Below, in pieces: positions 19,601 to 30,100 of a DNA stretch of 64,000 nt. The notes under the pieces are model-generated. The model was not told the origin of the DNA and made no database searches. It saw only the letters and a program-made list of their open reading frames with translations. The stretch spans positions 1,728,001-1,792,000 of the forward strand of contig OZ241867.1 in NCBI GenBank assembly GCA_965203175.1. Direction: 5' to 3'. This DNA comes from Candidatus Latescibacterota bacterium. Its GTDB lineage: Bacteria > Latescibacterota > UBA2968 > UBA8231. The position numbers and the translations under genes are program-made. The stretch's first letter is position 1, and every line of letters begins with the position of its first letter.

Positions 19601-20371
19601 TCAGGGCATCCAGATATTCCACTTGCCATACTTTTCCCAGATGCGACAGGCGTCACAGGTACACATCAACCGGAGTGCAAAACGCGGTTTGTTACTTGTA
19701 TTGAGAGATCCAGAGTGTATCAACAGATAATGAAAAAACAGTACATCTCCTCGGGAAGGCCTCAACTCAATCGGCTCTCCCAGACCGAACCTTTGTTGCG
19801 GCTTCTTAAAATCTGACAGCATTTGATACCGGTCAGAGTTCTGCACTGCCGCCTTGCTGAGCTTCCGATGCGATCCTGGCCAGACCGCAGTACCACCACC
19901 CTGCGCAACACCAGAATCGAGATAGGTCAGGGAAGAGACGCGGAATGACCCGGGAAAGACATTGAAAGGTCGATGTCCACCATCGACGTGCCCATTGCTA
20001 TAATCCCAGTCTTTCGAAACCGGAAATACACTGCGTGCCCAGACTCCCTCTGGTTGTGGCTTCTGACAGTGAAATGCACCTGCATTTTCCCGAGCCAGTT
20101 GGCTCTGTACTTCGTAAAATGCGGGAGTACAACAAGCCAACAACGCGGGATCTTGAACCCCAAAATGTTCAATCACCCCCTGGCTGACGATTGTGTTTAC
20201 CCCATCTGTTTCGTCTGGCAAAGGAGACCACGAAGCCGGATCATCCCGATCTACCCCGAGCACAGACCACATCGCAACTTCCGCATTGGCAATTGTCTCT
20301 TCTGGAATCAATCCCGACACCAGCACATACCCATCTCGGTCATATTGCGTCAGTTGCTCCTGTGAAAGCAT
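19601..20371 (-). CDS. PhyH-family dioxygenase
   Basis: Y.RDGY, HVD, GGT..WPGSH, GDVLFFH...HSG..N...R. Confidence 0.9.
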   Translation of the reverse strand: MLSQEQLTQYDRDGYVLVSGLIPEETIANAEVAMWSVLGVDRDDPASWSPLPDETDGVNTIVSQGVIEHFGVQDPALLACCTPAFYEVQSQLARENAGAFHCQKPQPEGVWARSVFPVSKDWDYSNGHVDGGHRPFNVFPGSFRVSSLTYLDSGVAQGGGTAVWPGSHRKLSKAAVQNSDRYQMLSDFKKPQQRFGLGEPIELRPSRGDVLFFHYLLIHSGSLNTSNKPRFALRLMCTCDACRIWEKYGKWNIWMP

Positions 20372-20397
20372 AGACTCCTCCTAGATAGATCGAATTA

Positions 20398-20438
20398 TGT
20401 ATAGAAAAAATAAGGCATCGATATCGGTACTATGCAGT
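20398..20438 (-). repeat. IS91/ISCR oriIS-like repeat, copy 1 (short)
   Basis: TGTATAGAAAAAATAAGGCATCGATATCGGTACTATGCAGT matches the first ~40 bp of the copies at 23391, 26073 and 32727. Confidence 0.8.
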
Positions 20439-20461
20439 CTTCAGCCCCCAGCCCCCACTTC

Positions 20462-21199
20462 TCAATGCTTACACGCCACATGTCGATCTTCGTAGATTCC
20501 CTTTGGAAACTTTTCTGGATTGAGTTCTTCAGGCATATAATGCCATGCCGTGCTATAGCGCGTGCGATTGCTGTGGTTATCATAAGCACCGTGCAGGAGA
20601 TTGGCGGAAAACAGGACAACCGTGCCAGCGGGAATGACCACATCCACAGCCTGCGATTCATCGACCTTTGTCCAACTGCCATGCCTGCTTGGATCCCTGC
20701 GGTGCTCGACAATCTCGCCCATCCGGTGGCTGCCGGGCACCACCCGCAAACACCCATTCTCCACATCTGAATCTTCCAGATAAATTCCACAACTGATAAT
20801 GCGATCCGTATCGGTGCCAAAATAAAAGTTGTCCTGATGCCAGCCCGTTGACGTGCCGCCATTGGGCAACTTGGGAAAAAACTTAGTGCCAAACACATCG
20901 ATATTTTCACCAATCAATACGGCCACGCGGTCTAAAATCGCCGGTTCACGCGCCAGTTCCAACACGCGGGCATCGACCACGCAAACCCCCTGCACTTTGT
21001 GCAACAAACCCGCCTGGGGTTCGCCGCGCTCGTCCAACTCAAGCGTCCAGTGCGGCACCTGCTCGGTCAACTTGCATCCTTCTGCGACCAGTTCATCAAA
21101 CACCTGCTTGTAATAGGCCAATCGCTCGCCTTGTATCAGGGCTGCAAAAACGAGATAGCCCTGTTCTCGGAACTGTCGCACCTGTTCGTCTGTCAACAT
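20462..21199 (-). CDS. PhyH-family dioxygenase
   Basis: F.EQGY, WHQD, NGCLRVVPGSH, LHG..N.S...R; GGAGG RBS. Confidence 0.93.
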   Translation of the reverse strand: MLTDEQVRQFREQGYLVFAALIQGERLAYYKQVFDELVAEGCKLTEQVPHWTLELDERGEPQAGLLHKVQGVCVVDARVLELAREPAILDRVAVLIGENIDVFGTKFFPKLPNGGTSTGWHQDNFYFGTDTDRIISCGIYLEDSDVENGCLRVVPGSHRMGEIVEHRRDPSRHGSWTKVDESQAVDVVIPAGTVVLFSANLLHGAYDNHSNRTRYSTAWHYMPEELNPEKFPKGIYEDRHVACKH

Positions 21200-21300
21200 A
21201 AAAACCTCCTCGACTTCGCGGCCTGAACCAACTCTCGCTCTAGCAATTTGTAATAGGCTGCAGAATCAGTCGTCGCCTTTTTCTTTAACAGAGCCTGCGA

Positions 21301-21334
21301 TGTATAAGAAAAATAAAGACACCGGCTCGGTGCC
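21301..21334 (-). repeat. IS91/ISCR oriIS-like repeat, copy 2 (short, diverged)
   Basis: TGTATAAGAAAAATAAAGACACCGGCTCGGTGCC: same terminus and a CACCG/CGGTG palindrome at the same offset. Confidence 0.55.
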
Positions 21335-21375
21335 ACCACCTCTTACCGGTGACCCGCTTGGCTACTGGCGGTTGG

Positions 21376-21403
21376 GGAGCGGCGCGCCTCAGGACGCCGC
21401 TCC
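21376..21403. terminator. GC-rich hairpin after the tandem-PhyH gene
   Basis: GGAGCGGCG-N10-CGCCGCTCC, 5 bp past the stop codon; no U-tract. Confidence 0.4.
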
Positions 21404-21408
21404 GAATT

Positions 21409-23160
21409 CTACCTAGCCAGCGAGGGTGGTGACACGCCTTTCCCCCCTTTCAACACCAGGAAATTCCTGGCCTCATCCACAGCGGGCTTCCCGGCGGGGT
21501 CCACCTTCATGGGCCCTCCGTTCCCGCCGTTGGCATCCTTGTCCCAGATTCTGTCATCATACCCATCGGGAGCATACTGACAGATGTAGGCTTTGCGCAC
21601 GCTATCGGTGTTGTTGGCCCCTGTAAAGTGCGGCGTCAGGCTCCAGAAGATCGCCGCCGAGCCCGCCTTGACCGGCACACAGACGGCATCGTCGGATCTA
21701 AGGCCGCTGATCGTCCAGCCACCGTTGCTCTCATCGAACTCGTGAAGCAGCGGCCCTCGCCGGAAGAGCCTCGGCACGAACCACGGGCAGCCGTTTTCCT
21801 CGGTTGCATCGTTGAGCGCTACCCAGCACGACAGGTATTGCAGGGGGTCAATGAACGCAAGGCCAATGTCCTGATGGCAGGGGAAAACCCGCCCAGGGCA
21901 GGGCTTCGTGTACACCGCCTGCTCCCGGTACAACCGCACATCGTCGCAGTTGAGCAGGTCGTGGCAAACCTTCTGGAAGAACGGGCCGGCGCAGAATGAG
22001 CGGGCAAGCGCCGACCCCCGGGCCAGGCCGCTCGTAATGGTGATCCGATCAGCATTCGCAATCGTGCGCGACGGCTGCTGCCGCCCCCTGGCTTCGAGGT
22101 GCCGCACACTCTCGTGCTCGAGCCGATCGAATTCATCCCGCAGCTGCCCGATCTCCGCAGCGCTGAAGGCATCCTCGACCACAGTGAACCCCTGGAGATC
22201 CATATCGTCCGCCTGATCCCTGGTGAGGATCCGGAGAGGAGCATCCTTGCGTGTCGGCAGGAGCGACGGGTGCTTGCTCGCGCTGCTGAACTCCATGGCC
22301 GGATGCCGCGGCAGTCGCGCGTTGTGCTGAGCAGCCGGCGTCGGCTCGTCGCCCGTGGACCAGCGTGCGGTTCCGTCGAAGCCGAGGCGCTCCCACAACA
22401 CGTGCGGCCACTCCCTGAAGCCGCTTGAGATGTAGTGGCATGCGTAGACCTGGCGAAAGACGGTCGGGTCGCGCCCCATCAACCCCCGGTGCCACAAATG
22501 GCCGTCGAAGATCACGGCTGTTCCCCTTTTTGCCACGATGTGCACCTCCTCCGCCCCTGCCGCTTCGTTCTCCTCGAAAATCTCCTTCCTCAGCCTAGCA
22601 CCTAGCTCCGGGTCGCCTGAGTGCGTGCGATAGCCCGCCCACTTTCCCTGCCGGAGGTCATCGTGGTGAAGCTTGCGGCGAAGGTGGCCGCCTGTCTGCA
22701 GCGCGAGCGTGCCGATCTCCTCGTCCACGTCCACGAGCGGAATCCACACACCGATGCAGCCCGGAAGCGGGGTTCCGTCACAATGCCAGCTCTGCGACCA
22801 CTGGCTGCCCTTCCACCAGTAGTGGCTCTTGATGCCCTCGGGCTCTTCCCCGCCCAAGGCATCCTTGAGCGGTCCGCGCAGCTTCGGATGCAGCATGAAA
22901 GCGCGGCAGACGGGGTCGTGGATGTGGCACTGATCCGTGTCGATGAGATGGTCGGCGCTTTCCGCCGGCGGGACGATTCCCTCGACGGGGATTTCGCCCG
23001 CGTGCACGGCGTCCATATGCCGGATGAGCCCGTCGCACTCGTCGGCGGTGAAGAGCGAAGGCACGGCGACCCACCCGTCGCGAGCGTACTTCCGCCTCTG
23101 CTCGGTGGTGAGGCCCGCCACCTCCACGTGGCTGGGTTGGGTGTGTTCGGAGCCGGACAT
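21409..23160 (-). CDS. Protein with two tandem PhyH dioxygenase domains
   Basis: Domain 1: Y.RDGW, WHCD, WHRG. Domain 2: QGF, CHQD, NGC..VP, PH.T..N...R. Start set at MSGS (ORF open to 23319). Confidence 0.82.
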   Translation of the reverse strand: MSGSEHTQPSHVEVAGLTTEQRRKYARDGWVAVPSLFTADECDGLIRHMDAVHAGEIPVEGIVPPAESADHLIDTDQCHIHDPVCRAFMLHPKLRGPLKDALGGEEPEGIKSHYWWKGSQWSQSWHCDGTPLPGCIGVWIPLVDVDEEIGTLALQTGGHLRRKLHHDDLRQGKWAGYRTHSGDPELGARLRKEIFEENEAAGAEEVHIVAKRGTAVIFDGHLWHRGLMGRDPTVFRQVYACHYISSGFREWPHVLWERLGFDGTARWSTGDEPTPAAQHNARLPRHPAMEFSSASKHPSLLPTRKDAPLRILTRDQADDMDLQGFTVVEDAFSAAEIGQLRDEFDRLEHESVRHLEARGRQQPSRTIANADRITITSGLARGSALARSFCAGPFFQKVCHDLLNCDDVRLYREQAVYTKPCPGRVFPCHQDIGLAFIDPLQYLSCWVALNDATEENGCPWFVPRLFRRGPLLHEFDESNGGWTISGLRSDDAVCVPVKAGSAAIFWSLTPHFTGANNTDSVRKAYICQYAPDGYDDRIWDKDANGGNGGPMKVDPAGKPAVDEARNFLVLKGGKGVSPPSLAR

Positions 23161-23390
23161 TTCAGTGGGAATCGCTACTTCGGTCGCGCGAAGGCGACGA
23201 GCGCGGCGTCCGATCCGGTGCCCGTAGCGATGACGACGAACTGCCGCCCCGACCGCGCGCGGTAGGTCATGGTTCTTGGGCACCCGCGAGGGCGGTAGAT
23301 AAGAGGGCGGCTGTCGCAACTAATCGCTTCATGAAGAGGACAACTGAATCATAGTTTCGCGGCGTATTCTAGATATCATGGATTGACCTA

Positions 23391-23526
23391 TGTATAGAAA
23401 AAATAAAGGCATCGATATGGTTCTATGCAATTCGCTGAAAACGCTACAATTCACCGAGAACGTTCGCAAGAGTCCGGCAGAGTCCCTGATGACTCGCCTG
23501 TCGTCGCATCGAATTGTTCGGGAATT
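23391..23526 (-). repeat. IS91/ISCR oriIS-like repeat, copy 3 (~19-bp internal insertion)
   Basis: Aligns with 26073 and 32727 through TTCGCTGAAA..CGCAAG..CCTGATGA..TGTCGTCGCA.CGAAT.GTTCG.GAAT. Confidence 0.8.
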
Positions 23527-23664
23527 ACACACCGGTGTAAATATGATGCGGCTATTCCCTCGGTCAACCAAGAATGTTGATTTTGAGTTTGGTGATCAGC
23601 TAGAGATGAAAGTGCACGCTCAATTTGAACTCGAAAAACTAGCCTGTTGAGCTTTTGCCCCAAA

Positions 23665-24456
23665 TCAATTGATTGGAGTACTCTCAAGCGTCTCCAGCCA
23701 GCGATAGCCGTAGGCCGGCACTTCGGGTGACCCGGTCATGCCGTCGGGAAACATGCCAAACCGCTCGACGCGCAGGCGGTAACCGTAGTCGTGCCAAGGC
23801 TGGAAGCCCACGATCTCGCCGCGGAAGGGGGCGCCGTTGACGACCTTGCAGTACCCGGGATAGCCGTCGTCGCACTCGACCCTGTGGGCATCCACGGTAA
23901 TCTCCTCTTCCGTGCCCGCGGCCTTGGTTCTCGAGACGACTTCGCTCAACACGTATCGACCATCGCCATACCTGTTGGCTTCGAGGATGTAGTGGTGGCC
24001 GGCCTCGTATTCGAAGCTAGTGATCATGTCGTCGTACGGTGCGCCGTCCACCACCAGGCAGAAGTCGTCACTCTGGGCGCATATCACCCGCGCCGGACCC
24101 ACCGACAAGGTTGCGGGGATGGATGGTGCTGGGGTCTTCTCCAGTTGCTCCAGCAGGCGGTAGGCGTACCGGCCGGCGTCCTGCGGCGGCTCCTCCCCAC
24201 CCCAGGGATCGTACTTGCCGATCCGCAGGCGATAGTCGTAGCCGGGCTCGTATTCGAATCCTTCGATTCCATCGTAGAAGAACTCGCCGTCGACCACCAT
24301 GCACGACTGCAAGCCCACGCCGTAGCACTTGGCTAGGGTGGGGCCGACGGTCACCTCCCGTATCTCGAGGTATCCGGCGTCCGGTCCTGTGGAACGGTCA
24401 CAGCCGGCAAAGACCAAGGTCAGCAGGAAGAAGACAGTAGAACTTCTGGTGCGCAT
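23665..24456 (-). CDS. Lipoprotein with three DUF4377-like repeats
   Basis: Lipobox VFAGC; three units of C..(C).VVDG..F...I.GF.YE.GY.Y.L. Confidence 0.8.
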   Translation of the reverse strand: MRTRSSTVFFLLTLVFAGCDRSTGPDAGYLEIREVTVGPTLAKCYGVGLQSCMVVDGEFFYDGIEGFEYEPGYDYRLRIGKYDPWGGEEPPQDAGRYAYRLLEQLEKTPAPSIPATLSVGPARVICAQSDDFCLVVDGAPYDDMITSFEYEAGHHYILEANRYGDGRYVLSEVVSRTKAAGTEEEITVDAHRVECDDGYPGYCKVVNGAPFRGEIVGFQPWHDYGYRLRVERFGMFPDGMTGSPEVPAYGYRWLETLESTPIN

Positions 24457-24567
24457 TGGAGTCCTCCCTCGGTACGACTACCGCCACCTTTGCGTCCCGC
24501 ATTGGATCGCAACAGGCTCTGACGGCTCTACTCCAGAATCTAAGTACACGACAGTAGAGCGGTATGG

Positions 24568-24641
24568 GATGCTTCGCTCCGCTCAGCATGACAGGGCCTC
24601 ATGTTGTCATGTTGAGCGGAGCGAAGCGGAGTCGAAACATC
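24568..24641. repeat. REP-like palindromic element pair
   Basis: GATGCTTCGCTCCGCTCAGCATGACA ... TGTCATGTTGAGCGGAGCGAAGC(GGAGTCGAAACATC): long imperfect inverted repeat of the GTCATSCTGAGCG..GCGAAG type. Confidence 0.75.
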
Positions 24642-24704
24642 TTATTCCTCGATGCCCATGCGTAACGTTACTGTCGTGTATTAAGCTCTAGAATATACCG
24701 AAAG

Positions 24705-26039
24705 CTATAGCCCCTGCATCGCTGATTCGGGATCGAGAATTACATCAGCAGCAATCAATCGATCCTGTAGCTCGGCCATCGGTACGCTACGACTATCCAC
24801 ACCTGTTGCCCTTGCTAGCGCCGCGGCCGTGCCAGCAGCCTGCCCCATGCCCATCGAATTAGCTGTGACTCGACTTGATGCCAGGGCCTCTGAAGTTGCC
24901 GAGTGACAACGACCCGCAACCCAGAGATTCTCCACGCCCTGCGGCAGCAACGTTCTGTACGAAATATCGTACGGCGGTACGATCGGCTGATCGTGATACC
25001 CGGCTGCGTCCTTGGGATGCCGGTCTATCCTCCACGCCCCAAGCACTACCACGTCATCCTGTCGTTTCGCCGTTCTTATATCGTCGCCGGTCAGCGTGTA
25101 ATCGCCGACGATTCTTCTGGATTCTCGCGCTCCAGCCGTCGGACCACTGGTGAAAAAGTATGCGTCTTTGAACTCGGGTAGTGCTTCTTTCCAGAGCTCA
25201 AACATGGTCCACGCATCGCGTCGGCCCTGGATTTCTGCGTTCGTCCAGTCTTGCGGATTCGTTGCGTTTCCGGGTGTGCGAATCACATTGAAATAGATGT
25301 CTCGACCGGAAAAAGTTGCCGGCCACGGGCCACCATAAAGGCCGATCTTTCCTGCGGCACGTGCCTTCTCCAGAACGGCCGCACATTTGCGACGCAGCTC
25401 AAATGTAAGTTCGACAAAGCCAATTCGGAAATGCAGGCTCATCGGCTGCAGCGATTCGGCGACCTCGTATGGACATCCTGCCCAGGCGGCGACATCGGCA
25501 TCACCCGTGGCATCGATAACGCACTTGGGTCGTATGGCGGTGAGGCCGTCTTTGTTGCTGACTACGACACTGTCCACCCGGTTTCCCTTGACGATCACGT
25601 CAGACACCTGGGTGTGGAAAAGCAGATTCACGCCAGACTCGATTAAAATCTCATCCGCAGCCTTCTTGAACAACTCCGGATCAGTGCGCGGAATCACGCG
25701 ATCAGGATGCTTTTCGACCTCGGTGAAATCGCCGTTCACGTTGTATGAGAGATGTGGAGCCTGCCCGGGCTCAACCACACCCATTCGTTCGAGCATCTCA
25801 AAGACAAGTCCACCCACAACAGGCTTACCCGTCTCTTCGTAGACGAATCCATCGAACGCCGAGCCGATGATGTTCGTAAAGAACCCACCGGCAAATCCCA
25901 TGCGGTCGACAGCCATCACAGAAGCCCCGTTCCGCGCCGCGCTAACAGCCGCGCCAATACCCGCCAGCCCCGTTCCGCAAACGAGAACATCGGGTTCAGC
26001 GACTACGGGAAGTGATTTTGTGTACTGGATTATTGACAT
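24705..26039 (-). CDS. FAD-dependent oxidoreductase (FAD_oxidored family)
   Basis: DVLVCGTGLAG, IDATGDAD, RESRRIVG, PYDISYR.L.P, NLWVAGRC. Confidence 0.9.
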   Translation of the reverse strand: MSIIQYTKSLPVVAEPDVLVCGTGLAGIGAAVSAARNGASVMAVDRMGFAGGFFTNIIGSAFDGFVYEETGKPVVGGLVFEMLERMGVVEPGQAPHLSYNVNGDFTEVEKHPDRVIPRTDPELFKKAADEILIESGVNLLFHTQVSDVIVKGNRVDSVVVSNKDGLTAIRPKCVIDATGDADVAAWAGCPYEVAESLQPMSLHFRIGFVELTFELRRKCAAVLEKARAAGKIGLYGGPWPATFSGRDIYFNVIRTPGNATNPQDWTNAEIQGRRDAWTMFELWKEALPEFKDAYFFTSGPTAGARESRRIVGDYTLTGDDIRTAKRQDDVVVLGAWRIDRHPKDAAGYHDQPIVPPYDISYRTLLPQGVENLWVAGRCHSATSEALASSRVTANSMGMGQAAGTAAALARATGVDSRSVPMAELQDRLIAADVILDPESAMQGL

Positions 26040-26072
26040 GGTTTGATTCTTTCTTAATCCAATTTTTTATAA

Positions 26073-26228
26073 GATAGGAAAAGTAAGGTGCCGATATCAG
26101 TACTAATCAGTTCGCTGAAAACGCACGCAAGGGGCCAGCAGGGCCCCTGATGAATCGATTGTCGTCGCACCGAATCGTTCGCGAATACTCAGAGTACTGT
26201 TGTAAAGAATTTCGGCGCGGTTCAGGGG
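26073..26228 (-). repeat. oriIS end of an IS91-family element, copy 4 (attached to transposase relic)
   Basis: Minus strand ends ...CCTTACTTTTCCTATC about 225 bp downstream of the IS91 transposase stop; aligns over ~155 bp with 32727..32890. Confidence 0.8.
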
Positions 26229-26296
26229 TCAACCTAGTACTTGAGGGCACACTCCTCCGTACGGCTCACGGCGCAGGGAGCGAATCGCGGAGGAGG

Positions 26297-26775
26297 TCAG
26301 GCGACGAACTCGAACTGCGGCTGCGGGGGTGTCTTGGGTGGGCACCGCCGGCCGGCCTCCCCCCTCCAAATACCCTGGATCGAGGTAGGATCGGTCAGGG
26401 CGGCCACGATCCGCAGGGGCCGGGTAGCCGTTGAGCTCGGCGGCAAACACCCAGGCGATGGCCGCAGGGCGGAGCGCTTGAATCGCGGTCCACCGCCGTC
26501 GACTCTTCGACCGGCTTGGCGGGCACGATGCGGCCGCGATCCCGGGCACGGAGGGGCCAGGACCCTGTGGTAGCGCAGGAGATGAAACCGGGGCGGGGGA
26601 CCAGAGTTGCCAGCTTCTCCAGTAGGTCCATCGGAGAGAGTAGAAGATAGCTCGTGCCATTCGACCAAGGCGTTTTGAGCGCGAAGGAAAGCCGCTGCGA
26701 ATCGAGGATGCGCAGACGCCTCGCCGCCAGGGCCGGCCGGGCCACGTAGCGGAATAAGCGTTCGAGCCCCGCTCG
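26297..26775 (-). pseudogene. IS91-family (Y2/HUH rolling-circle) transposase, frameshifted 3' half
   Basis: LERLFRYVARPALA..RL..LKTPWSNGT..PMDLLEKLATLVP / RFHLLRYH.VLAP / LRIVAALTDP..QFEFVA* spread over several frames. Confidence 0.88.
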
Positions 26776-26957
26776 TGGCCATCGTCAAGGAACGACTCCA
26801 TCTCGATCTATCTTTGCATGCGATGCTACAAATTCTCAGCGTCACGCCTTTCGAAACAGTACCGCTGATTCAACTATTTACCGTACCCCGCCGCCTCAGG
26901 AAATCCCTGATGCCCATAACCAACTGTTTTTGCTATGAAACGTGTCGGACACTACTG
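26772..26957 (+). mobile_element. IS4-family transposase 3' fragment with right terminal IR
   Basis: LVAIVKERLHLDLSLHAMLQILSVTPFE resembles the IS4 C-terminus; ends ...CGGACACTACTG. Confidence 0.72.
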
Positions 26958-27136
26958 ACAACACATGAAGATTGTCGAGTTCGACGCTAGACTCGCATGG
27001 GGTGCGGCCTAACTACCGTAGCATCACTTCTGGGATGGCACAGTAACCCACCGGCCCGAACGACTTCGCACGCCCTACGAAATCATCGTCGGGGATCGGT
27101 GATATGTATACGGTGGCCCTAGTGCGTTGTAGCAAA

Positions 27137-30100
27137 CTATCCCACCAGCTCAAAAGTTTCATATCTCACTCTTTCGCCTTCAAACTCCTTCACTTGCCTA
27201 GACATATAACGCCCTACCGTCTTTTCTATTCTTGATACTTCCTCTCCGCCCAGAACCGAGATTTCCGAATCCTTGTTCCCAAGAGAATTGTAACTCGTTC
27301 CCAAACGAAGCCCCACTCCTTTTGACAAGATCCAGCGATCGTGAAAGGGCGCAACACCATTCCTTTCAGTGCCTACAACCAGGATTTCTGTTTCCGGAGG
27401 GGCATGCTCGCAAAGTTTTCGCCAAGCGGTGGTGTATGCACTAGGCAGGTCGCTGTTAGTGTTGGGTCCGAGTTGGTGTGCCTTGCTTGTGACAATTTGT
27501 ACGTGAAGATCCGGGTCTGCCTCTATTACTTGAACCACAAAATCCAAGTCATTTACCCCAAAGTAAGGATCGACAATGGTGATACTGTCCACGGCGTTTT
27601 TGTCGAGCCAATCCTGGAGGTATTGTTTCGCCTTGTCCCGTTCACCAAACTGAATGATGACTATATTGTCTGCGTCGCCTCGGTCCTGCCACTCGGGATT
27701 CGAACCCAATCGGCCATGTCTTTCGGTTATGGAAAAGAAAAACTCCGCGCCCCGCAACACACCTTCAAATAGATCTCTAATATATGTCTTCGATTCACTA
27801 GTATAAGAATATTTTATGAGCGCATTAGACAGTATCCACGAATAGATCGGGTACGATGTTTTCAACGGATAGTTGCTAGCGCACACGAGCATTTCACGCA
27901 GCCGAACCATGTCAGTGGCTATCATGCGACCAGAATTGAGTGCACCGAGAGCTCGCCACGCTGCCAATGCTAGGCCCGGGTCGTCTTGCAGCGTTTCCAA
28001 ATCAAGATGACTACGCGAGTCTCCCAGGTCCTTTCTTAACTTATGTCCATCTAATTGTAACCTCGCGCGTTCCCTGTATTCGTCGCGCGCGGGATCGTCG
28101 TCATATAGCATAGCCAACTTCATTGGTAGTTCGGGATCGAGGCGGTAAGCTAGGTCTATGATCTGGTTTTCTCTAAAGGCAGTTCGCCGGGAACCTGTAT
28201 TGATTATTAGACCGAACGCCTTTTTCAAAGCGCGCGAAGCAAGCTCTCGGTCCCAAGCAATCGTTAGATCGGTGATAAGAAAGAGATGACTGTAGCGGTC
28301 TTCGATAGTCGGTAAACTGTCGGTTGTTAAGTCCACATCTTTCAACAATCGCTTGGCGTGGCGGTGCTGTTTCGATGGGAGGCTAACGGCCAGTTCGGCC
28401 AGTACAAAAATTCGATCGGCCATATTACTGATTGACTCGCCCTCCGCTATGAGTTTGGCCCACGTTACGTCGGGAGATGCTGAAATTCGCAACGCCTCTG
28501 CTTTGCAGAGAATTTGGTATCCCGCATGTTGTATCCGGTTTGGGAGAGGCAATCGCCGTTCGGCAATTTCGAGCATCCGCCGGGTAATGTCTGCTTTCTG
28601 GTCCCGAGTCAGATGAATCGATGTTCGAGGTGCTGTGACGGCTGACGCGATGCTGTGGAAAATCCTATAAATTGTAAAGTCTTCGTCGGTTTCGTCACAC
28701 AATTGTAGTAAATTCTGAATATCAGAAAAGGTGAGACGTGAGGCGGTTGAATTTGTGTCGTCAAAGGGTTCTCCAGGCGGTTGTTTTCGTAACAGGGCGA
28801 AGCTGAGGGCTGACGTGCAATCCGCTTGCACGGATGCGGGGAATGCGGAAATCCCACTTCGGGCCCGATCTCTGTCGTCAAGCCACACCGCGGGATAGGC
28901 ATACCGCCATGCCTGATATGCGGTCGCGCAATCCTTCCCGGAGAGATTAGCAAGTGCCGGCCACACGTGTTCGTTCACTACGTCGGAGAATGCGCGAGAT
29001 TCTCCTGCGCGCCAGAGATAAAACGCTAGGCTGGACAATAAAGTGACCCGCTCTTGTAAATCTGGTACTCTAACAGCCATGCGGCAAACCCTGTCTATGT
29101 CGGTGGCCACAAGGAGTTTAGATTCCGCTAGTGCGTAGGCTGCTTTCATCAAGAGATCCACGACGTAAATGATACCCTGTTCGACATCCTCGCTTCCAGA
29201 AACCAATCTGCTTTCTGTGGCCAAAGAGTCAAACACGGTTTTTGCCAAGTCGGGGCGTTTCTGTCGTAGTGTGGGCACCAGTTGACAGGCTGTTCGGTAT
29301 TTGGCTCGAGGGCTGGCGATGGAATCAAACGCGGCTAGGAGGCTGTCATCCACAGAGGTACGAAAAACGTCGTTATCCTGTGAACTACCAAGTGTAACCG
29401 CGATTTCGGCAAGACACTTCGTTTTGATTACTGCGGAAGAACATGCCGCTAAACGAGGGAAAACGCAGTTTAGATCGATCGACGGGCGAGTGCCGGCGTC
29501 TACATCAAGACAGAAGCGCTTTACGGTGTCCCAGATCGCGGCGTCGAACTGCTCGCAGGGGCCCATTTCATTGAGTGCGGCAAACAATACGGCGCTATTG
29601 AGAGTAATTGTGGTGGCCTTGCACATTGAAGCCACTATTTCGCGAAATGCGCTAGTTCGACGGTCTATGGTGTTAAGGCGACGAGAAACGTCGAGCGCGG
29701 CTTCCGGTTTAGAACTTGCTAGTGCCGTAATGGTATCCTTAAGTATCTCGAACTGTTCCGCACTAGCTGCGAGTATTTCGGTAAGTGTTTGGGCGAACTC
29801 AGTGTCCACCATAGCGCCGACGTCGGACAATTGGTCCAACTTTCGCGAAGGGTCGAACTTGTGTAGCTCGGCGATGAACCATGCGAGGCAAGTGATTCTA
29901 GTCTCCAATTCGTCAAGGGAGTCAATTGGGTCTAAATATAGTTCTTCGAGACGGTCTACTGTTCGGGCGAGATCGCCATCTGCGTAATTGCATCCCGCCA
30001 AGCGGAGCTGTAGTCGGACATAATCGACGATTGGGCCCTTGTTTCGTATAACCTCCTTTTGCCCGTCAAGCATGGCGACGATGCGCCGACATCTGTCTCG

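Noticed and set aside
23390-23650. Short ORFs sharing M(T/N)RLSSHRIVRE (23390..23650 and 26150..26434) as a small-protein family
   Set aside because: The similarity comes from the non-coding repeat; frames and lengths are not conserved among copies.
26130-26190. Hammerhead-ribozyme-like CTGATGA between two hairpins inside the oriIS-like repeat (also in the copies at 23391 and 32727)
   Set aside because: No GAAA after stem II, no NUH cleavage triplet, and the stems are not preserved in the other copies; the link to the IS91 transposase explains the repeat better.
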